Below, piece by piece: positions 60,432-64,000 of a stretch of DNA of 64,000 bases. The stretch covers positions 10,845 through 74,844 of the IMG/VR virus record IMGVR_UViG_3300042691_029887. One strand, given 5' to 3'. This DNA comes from a virus. Its lineage: Duplodnaviria; Heunggongvirae; Uroviricota; Caudoviricetes. How positions within the stretch are numbered: the stretch's first letter is position 1; every line of letters starts with the position of its first letter. The notes under the pieces were generated by a model. That model did no database searches. It saw only the letters and a list, made by a program, of their open reading frames with translations, and was not told the origin of the DNA. The position numbers were made by a program, and so were the translations under genes.

Positions 60432-61012
60432 ATTATGGATTAAATCATTGTTGGGCCACTGCTGTTAGGCTATCTAAAATAAAGAACACATCACTTTTAG
60501 AAGATCTTACTCAGGAAATATTAACCAGTTCTTACATGAAAAATCCGCCTAGCGATTTCCAAGAATTTGATATTTTAAAAGAAACCAGCAATATTTCTAG
60601 ACAATTTTTAAAAGACGAAGTAACCCTAGCTTTTCAAGAATACTTAAATGAAGTATTGGGAGTTGATTTAAAACAGTATCATGGATATGAATTGAGATCT
60701 TGGTTAGCCGGAACTGGAAATGGATACATGATACCAACACATAATCATAGCGGTGCTTCTCTTAGCGCAGTATTTTACTTACTTACAGATGATACTGGTA
60801 AAGGCGGTGAACTTGAGTTGATTGATCCAAGATCCAATGCTAATCGAGGTTATGACAGAAACTTTAAAAAACTTTTTGAAAAGCAAGTATTGACACCCAA
60901 AACTGGAGATGTTATAGTTTTTCCAAGTTTTGTGTATCACTACACTCTACCCTTTACTGGAAGCATAAGATTAGCAATACCTGTGGATCTGTTGCTTGAA
61001 TGTAAAGATTAG
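60428..61012 (+). CDS. 2OG-Fe(II) oxygenase family protein
   Basis: 194 aa; MIPTHNHSGASLSAVFYL...GGELELIDPR...GDVIVFPSFVYHYTLP typical of the small cyanophage-type 2OG-Fe(II) oxygenases. Confidence 0.55.
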   Translation: MNYGLNHCWATAVRLSKIKNTSLLEDLTQEILTSSYMKNPPSDFQEFDILKETSNISRQFLKDEVTLAFQEYLNEVLGVDLKQYHGYELRSWLAGTGNGYMIPTHNHSGASLSAVFYLLTDDTGKGGELELIDPRSNANRGYDRNFKKLFEKQVLTPKTGDVIVFPSFVYHYTLPFTGSIRLAIPVDLLLECKD

Positions 61013-61126
61013 TGTTGTGAAAATACAACAAAATTTCAGTTGACAGATTGAATATTTGGCTGTAAACTACAGGATAAGTAGTTAGAAATTTAGTTTTTAA
61101 AGATTTGTCAAAAGACAAAAAAGTAC

Positions 61127-61155
61127 TTGACAAAAGACTAAATAAAAATTACAAT
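61127..61155 (+). promoter_or_regulatory. sigma70-type promoter TTGACA-N17-TACAAT with an upstream direct repeat TTGTCAAAAGAC / TTGACAAAAGAC
   Basis: -35 at 61127-61132, -10 at 61150-61155; the repeated 12-mer suggests an operator. Confidence 0.6.
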
Positions 61156-61203
61156 AGCATATGACGCTGTAAAAAGCTCATAAATTTTTAGGAAAAAGAA
61201 ACA

Positions 61204-61356
61204 AATGAACTCAATTTCGTTGCATAGACAATTTAAATGTAAAGGAACAGCCCAAAAGGCAGGCTTTATGCCCACCTATTGGCCAGCCTATACAATTGTT
61301 AGTCTATCTAATGATCGTGAGTCAAGTAGGGGTCCAGTGGAGGACAGTGTAACGTA
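61204..61356 (+). CDS. possible 50-aa small protein inside the promoter-terminator cassette (alternatively an sRNA)
   Basis: ATG at 61204 to TAA; weak RBS; lies between the promoter at 61127 and the terminator at 61378. Confidence 0.25.
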
Positions 61357-61377
61357 AAAACAACGAAACACTACATC

Positions 61378-61412
61378 CAAAGGACCCCAGGACTAAACCC
61401 CCTGGGGTTTTT
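61378..61412 (+). terminator. strong intrinsic terminator (CCCCAGG-ACTAAACCC-CCTGGGG + TTTTTGTTT)
   Basis: 7-bp G/C stem followed by a U-tract. Confidence 0.8.
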
Positions 61413-61429
61413 GTTTGATAAAGGGTTCA

Positions 61430-61597
61430 ATGAAGGAAAAAGATTTATTAAAAATTAAAGATGCTTTTTGGTTTAATGAACATGAATTAAACGATGATCA
61501 ACTTGAACAGTTGATTGAAAATAAGTTTATTCGTGCTCGTGAATACTACGAAGCATTGACAAAAAGAGAAGAAAGAGTTTCAAAAAAACTTGATTAA
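61430..61597 (+). CDS. small acidic hypothetical protein
   Basis: 55 aa from ATG 61430 (RBS AAGGG); the ORF track starts it at TTG 61415. Confidence 0.4.
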   Translation: MKEKDLLKIKDAFWFNEHELNDDQLEQLIENKFIRAREYYEALTKREERVSKKLD

Positions 61598-61833
61598 TCT
61601 CAAAGTGTTATAGGAAACGAGGTCCTGGCTCTGCACTTAAAACATGGAGCGAACGGGCGGCCTACCGGATGGCTTATCCTTGTGTGGATAAAAAAATGGT
61701 AGCGTATTAAAGTGTATTAGCCACAGCCGAGAAACATAGATTTCGGGTTGCGTAGCAATATGTCGCTAGTGTACTTTAATACACACTCTCTGGTCACCCT
61801 TGACACGCATAGCGTGAGAGTGTTACAAATTAT

Positions 61834-61908
61834 TACTCGGTGGTGTTAACGGCAGCATGACGGTCTCCAAAACCGCTGGTGGGGGTTCGAATCCCTCCCG
61901 GGTAGCCA
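61834..61908 (+). tRNA. tRNA-Trp(CCA), CCA encoded
   Basis: Acceptor TACTCGG/CCGGGTA (one G-U); anticodon arm CGGT-CTCCAAA-ACCG; T-arm GGGGG-TTCGAAT-CCCTC; ends GCCA. Confidence 0.75.
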
Positions 61909-61928
61909 AAAATAATGTGTCAAAACTA

Positions 61929-61957
61929 TTGACAACAAAAAAATTTTAGTACATAAT
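61929..61957 (+). promoter_or_regulatory. sigma70-type promoter TTGACA-N17-CATAAT directed into the ORF-free structured region
   Basis: -35 at 61929-61934, 17-nt spacer, -10 at 61952-61957. Confidence 0.55.
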
Positions 61958-62440
61958 AGATGAATAGGGCAGTTTATTGTCCTGCAGGCGGCTTGCCGTT
62001 TGCGAAGAATAACTGTGGTGACACAGCCAAAGCTAGAATGCCTACATACTAGCGCCAGCAATGGTTCACGTAAACAAGCCTGCTCACTGTGGCGACACAG
62101 CGTTCACTGATAAGACCGGTGGATGTAATAGCAAAGCTGATGTATGGGAAAGAACATTGTTCGACGTGCCGCAAGGAACACGGGGCAATGAAAAGTAACA
62201 GGTGGTGCTGACTTCCATGCGAAACCAATCAGTCAGTTAGTATGAGAAAGGGTAGTGTATTGGTTCAAGGGGTCGCACCTAAGAGCTCGTATGCAATGTT
62301 AATGGTAAGTGGGTCCGGTAGAAATACCTGGGTACACATATCGTGAAACATCACTGAGTAGCTCGCGAGGCAAAAGGTATGTGGTGAGTTGTATTCGGCA
62401 GTCCAAAAGATTGTTGAGCAACAGAGGCAGCTCATCGCGG

Positions 62441-62513
62441 TAGGTTGATATAGGCTAATGGTAGGCCAATTCCCTGTTAAGGAATAGACTGTTGGTTCGA
62501 CTCCAACTATCTT
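62441..62513 (+). tRNA. tRNA-Asn(GTT)-like element without encoded CCA and with an imperfect acceptor and D region
   Basis: Perfect anticodon arm ATTCC-CTGTTAA-GGAAT; T-arm GTTGG-TTCGACT-CCAAC; D-loop TAATGGTAG; the acceptor pairs only with mismatches. Confidence 0.4.
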
Positions 62514-63123
62514 ACAAAAATGCAAAGACTGCCTCGGTCATGTGTGAAAAGCATCTAACACTCAAGTCGAAAGATAATTGAGTTTAGTGAAGCTCGCAAG
62601 GCAACACTAATTTGTGGTTGGGGGTTCGTAATTGGTTAGCACCAATGAATAGCTCGCAAGGTTAACGGAATGGATACCACAGAGTAACACATGATGTCAA
62701 GACTACTGCATGTCTTTAAACTGCGATGCTGGCAACAGACTAGGATACAGGTAACTGGTCTTAGTGGATGTCTAGAGAACGTATACTCGCAAGGTGTACG
62801 GTAATGCTAGAGGTGTTGCTGGCTAACGTGTAATCTCAGCGTTAGCACTATTCTAAAACACATTACTAAGAGTCCAGGTTCAGAGCGTGGCATAGTGTGT
62901 TTCAGAATAGAAGACCCTCTGTTACACTTTTCAGGAAGAAAGTGCGCCATTACCAAGCGATAGAAGGTACGGTGCTTTGGATCTACCGCAAGGTTCTCTT
63001 TAGGAACGACTTGAGAAATCACAAAGGCGGGGACGTTTCCCGTCTAGATGGAAAAGAACGTGGACAGAGCAACAGCTCAGTTTAGGGCTAGTGAGGACTA
63101 GTAGCTAGACACTTTATAAAAGC

Positions 63124-63236
63124 TCTTTGAAGTTTAACTACACTGGATAACACTAGTAGGTACTAAGTCGACTAACTACCGAAAGTGCTAGGAAGATACG
63201 GAGTTAAACAGTTTGGTTCGATTCCAACAGAGAGCC
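63124..63236 (+). ncRNA. ~112-nt tRNA-like structure (acceptor GCTCTTT/AGAGAGC plus T-arm TTTGG-TTCGATT-CCAAC) with ~40 extra internal nucleotides; no CCA
   Basis: 7-bp acceptor pairing across 105 nt, canonical T-loop, internal GTAG...CTAC and AGTCGACT palindromes; could be an intron- or insert-bearing tRNA or a tRNA-like RNA. Confidence 0.35.
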
Positions 63237-63251
63237 TCTATAAAGTTTCAT

Positions 63252-63341
63252 GGGCGGGCGGCGAAGATGGTGAGTGTCGCGGCGGACTGTAAATCCGTTA
63301 CTTAGGAACCGTAGGGGGTTCGAATCCCTCCCCTCCCACCA
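63252..63341 (+). tRNA. tRNA-Tyr(GTA), type II, CCA encoded
   Basis: D-arm GCGA...TCGC; anticodon arm GCGGA-CTGTAAA-TCCGT; 15-nt variable arm; T-arm GGGGG-TTCGAAT-CCCTC; 3' CCCTCCC-A-CCA. Confidence 0.8.
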
Positions 63342-63348
63342 AATTTAT

Positions 63349-63423
63349 GCACGGTTCGTCTATCGGTTAGGACACTGCCCTTTCACGGCAGGAAGAGGGG
63401 TTCGATTCCCCTACCGTGTACCA
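63349..63423 (+). tRNA. tRNA-Glu(TTC), CCA encoded
   Basis: Acceptor GCACGGT/ACCGTGT; anticodon arm CTGCC-CTTTCAC-GGCAG; T-arm AGGGG-TTCGATT-CCCCT. Confidence 0.85.
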
Positions 63424-63429
63424 GTTACT

Positions 63430-63504
63430 GGTCTCAAAGTGTTCATGGACGCACATATGCCTGTCACGCATAAAGAAGGGGATCGTTACCCCTTGAGACC
63501 GCCA
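63430..63504 (+). tRNA. tRNA-Asp(GTC), CCA encoded
   Basis: Acceptor GGTCTCA/TGAGACC + G + CCA; anticodon arm TATGC-CTGTCAC-GCATA; atypical T-loop ATCGTTA. Confidence 0.8.
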
Positions 63505-63546
63505 ATATTTTAAATCACAGTTTAAGTACGTGATAAGTAGATTTAC

Positions 63547-63620
63547 GCCCTTTTAGTTTAATGGTAAAACAACGGTTTTGTAATCCGTGGCTGGCAGTTC
63601 GATTCTGTCAAGGGGCACCA
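63547..63620 (+). tRNA. tRNA-Thr(TGT), CCA encoded
   Basis: Acceptor GCCCTTT/AAGGGGC; D-arm GTTT-AATGGTA-AAAC; anticodon loop TTTGTAA; T-arm GGCAG-TTCGATT-CTGTC. Confidence 0.78.
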
Positions 63621-63626
63621 AACATT

Positions 63627-63705
63627 CCGGGTGTAGCTTAGTCTGGCTTAAAGCGCCTGCTTTGGGAGCAGGAGATCGTGAGTTCGAATCCCACTTCCCG
63701 GACCA
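63627..63705 (+). tRNA. tRNA-Pro(TGG), CCA encoded
   Basis: Anticodon arm CCTGC-TTTGGGA-GCAGG (G37); T-arm GTGAG-TTCGAAT-CCCAC; the acceptor has two non-WC pairs. Confidence 0.7.
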
Positions 63706-63712
63706 TTTTTAT

Positions 63713-63789
63713 GCCTCAATAGCTCATTTGGTTAGAGCACCGTCTTGATAAGGCGGGGGTGCCTAGTTCGAATCTAGGTTGAGGCACCA
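63713..63789 (+). tRNA. tRNA-Ile(GAT), CCA encoded
   Basis: Acceptor GCCTCAA/TTGAGGC; D-arm GCTC...GAGC; anticodon arm CCGTC-TTGATAA-GGCGG; T-arm CTAGT-TCGAATC-TAGG. Confidence 0.85.
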
Positions 63790-63816
63790 AGCTATTTCTA
63801 GACTATTAAATACTTT

Positions 63817-64000
63817 TATGAAAGAACTTCTAGAAAAATTGCCACAAATTTTAGGAATGATGCCGCAAATTATATCATTCTTAAAATACATTCCTATTCT
63901 TATGATTTTGGCAGGCATAGTGTTCGGTGCTTACTATTATGCACAAAATCATAAAGATCCGTATATCTGTGTTAACAATCAAGTTTTTGAACAACTGAGA
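63817..64000 (+). CDS. partial ORF (5' end of a membrane protein; continues beyond the window)
   Basis: ATG at 63817, open to the window end; hydrophobic stretch ILMILAGIVFGAYYY. Confidence 0.35.

Larger units (their letters stand above)
61964..63250 (+). ncRNA. ~1.3-kb ORF-free, GC-enriched, highly structured region with repeated GNRA-tetraloop hairpin modules; candidate novel ncRNA(s) or tRNA-precursor leader
   Basis: No ORF >70 aa on either strand without spanning tRNA-like sequence; CTGTGG(Y)GACACAG hairpins at ~61998 and ~62087; (A)GCTCGCAAGG motif 5 times (62365, 62592, 62652, 62776, 62986); GGTA-GAAA-TACC hairpin; embedded tRNA-like elements. Confidence 0.5.

Noticed and set aside
61846-62061. 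71-aa minus-strand ORF in the ORF track
   Set aside because: It is antisense to tRNA-Trp and the promoter region, with no RBS; the signal there is RNA structure, not coding.
62265-63085. ORFs 62265..62525 (-), 62807..63022 (-), 62897..63085 (+)
   Set aside because: They lie inside the GC-enriched hairpin-rich region, overlap tRNA-like elements, lack RBSs, and the amino-acid composition is Cys/Trp-rich random-looking. Treated as non-coding.
61600-63250. Hypothesis that the structured region encodes a tmRNA, RNase P RNA or 6S RNA
   Set aside because: I could not find a tag-peptide reading frame ending in AA-stop with a resume codon context, RNase P CR-I/CR-IV/CR-V consensus boxes, or a 6S-like open bubble; left as an unassigned ncRNA candidate.
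63274-63513. 79-aa plus-strand ORF
   Set aside because: It spans tRNA-Tyr, tRNA-Glu and tRNA-Asp; an artefact of GC-rich tRNA sequence.

Overview
This 64-kb window is AT-rich and densely packed, with short genes, many ATGA or 4-nt start/stop overlaps, long co-directional gene blocks, tRNA clusters and many small ORFs of unknown function. I interpret it as part of a large (jumbo-type) bacteriophage genome rather than a cellular chromosome. The heme oxygenase, ferredoxin-dependent bilin reductase, 2OG-Fe(II) oxygenase and ribosomal protein S21 genes resemble marine cyanophages and pelagiphages, but I cannot assign a host from sequence alone.

Layout:
- 145..45168 is almost entirely minus-strand.
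- 45327..61012 is a plus-strand operon driven by a perfect consensus sigma70 promoter, with a short inverted minus-strand insert at 50882..54965.
- 61127..63789 is an RNA island holding a promoter/terminator cassette, tRNA-Trp, a ~1.3-kb ORF-free structured region, and tRNAs Tyr-Glu-Asp-Thr-Pro-Ile.

Recognisable content:
- Fe-S cluster biogenesis: sufC, sufB/D-like, a degenerate SufS-like gene, Fe/Mn superoxide dismutase, iscA-like, iscU.
- Proteostasis: clpP, clpX, clpS, dnaK, hsp20, an SPFH/band-7 protein.
- Auxiliary metabolism and repair: heme oxygenase plus FDBR bilin reductase, guaC, UV damage endonuclease, a PTPS/QueD-like protein.
- Translation-related: ribosomal protein S21 and 10 confident tRNAs plus 2 tRNA-like elements.
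- Envelope and lysis: a SleB-type cell-wall hydrolase, a D,D-carboxypeptidase, an entericidin-like lipoprotein.
- Other enzymes: a DEDDh 3'-5' exonuclease, a metallophosphoesterase, a SAM methyltransferase.

The most unusual content is a ~16-kb operon encoding five radical-SAM enzymes, at least five 2OG-Fe(II)-oxygenase/cupin-like proteins (three tandem paralogs), two dehydrogenases, a glycosyltransferase, and a Gly/Ser/Thr-rich protein with a Cys/His-repeat tail that looks like a candidate substrate. Two of the radical-SAM enzymes carry SPASM-type C-terminal Cys clusters and one has a B12-binding domain. The adjacent promoter-driven 1.3-kb non-coding region is full of repeated GNRA-tetraloop hairpin modules and CCA-less tRNA-like elements.

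I found no CRISPR arrays, rRNA genes or clear mobile elements.
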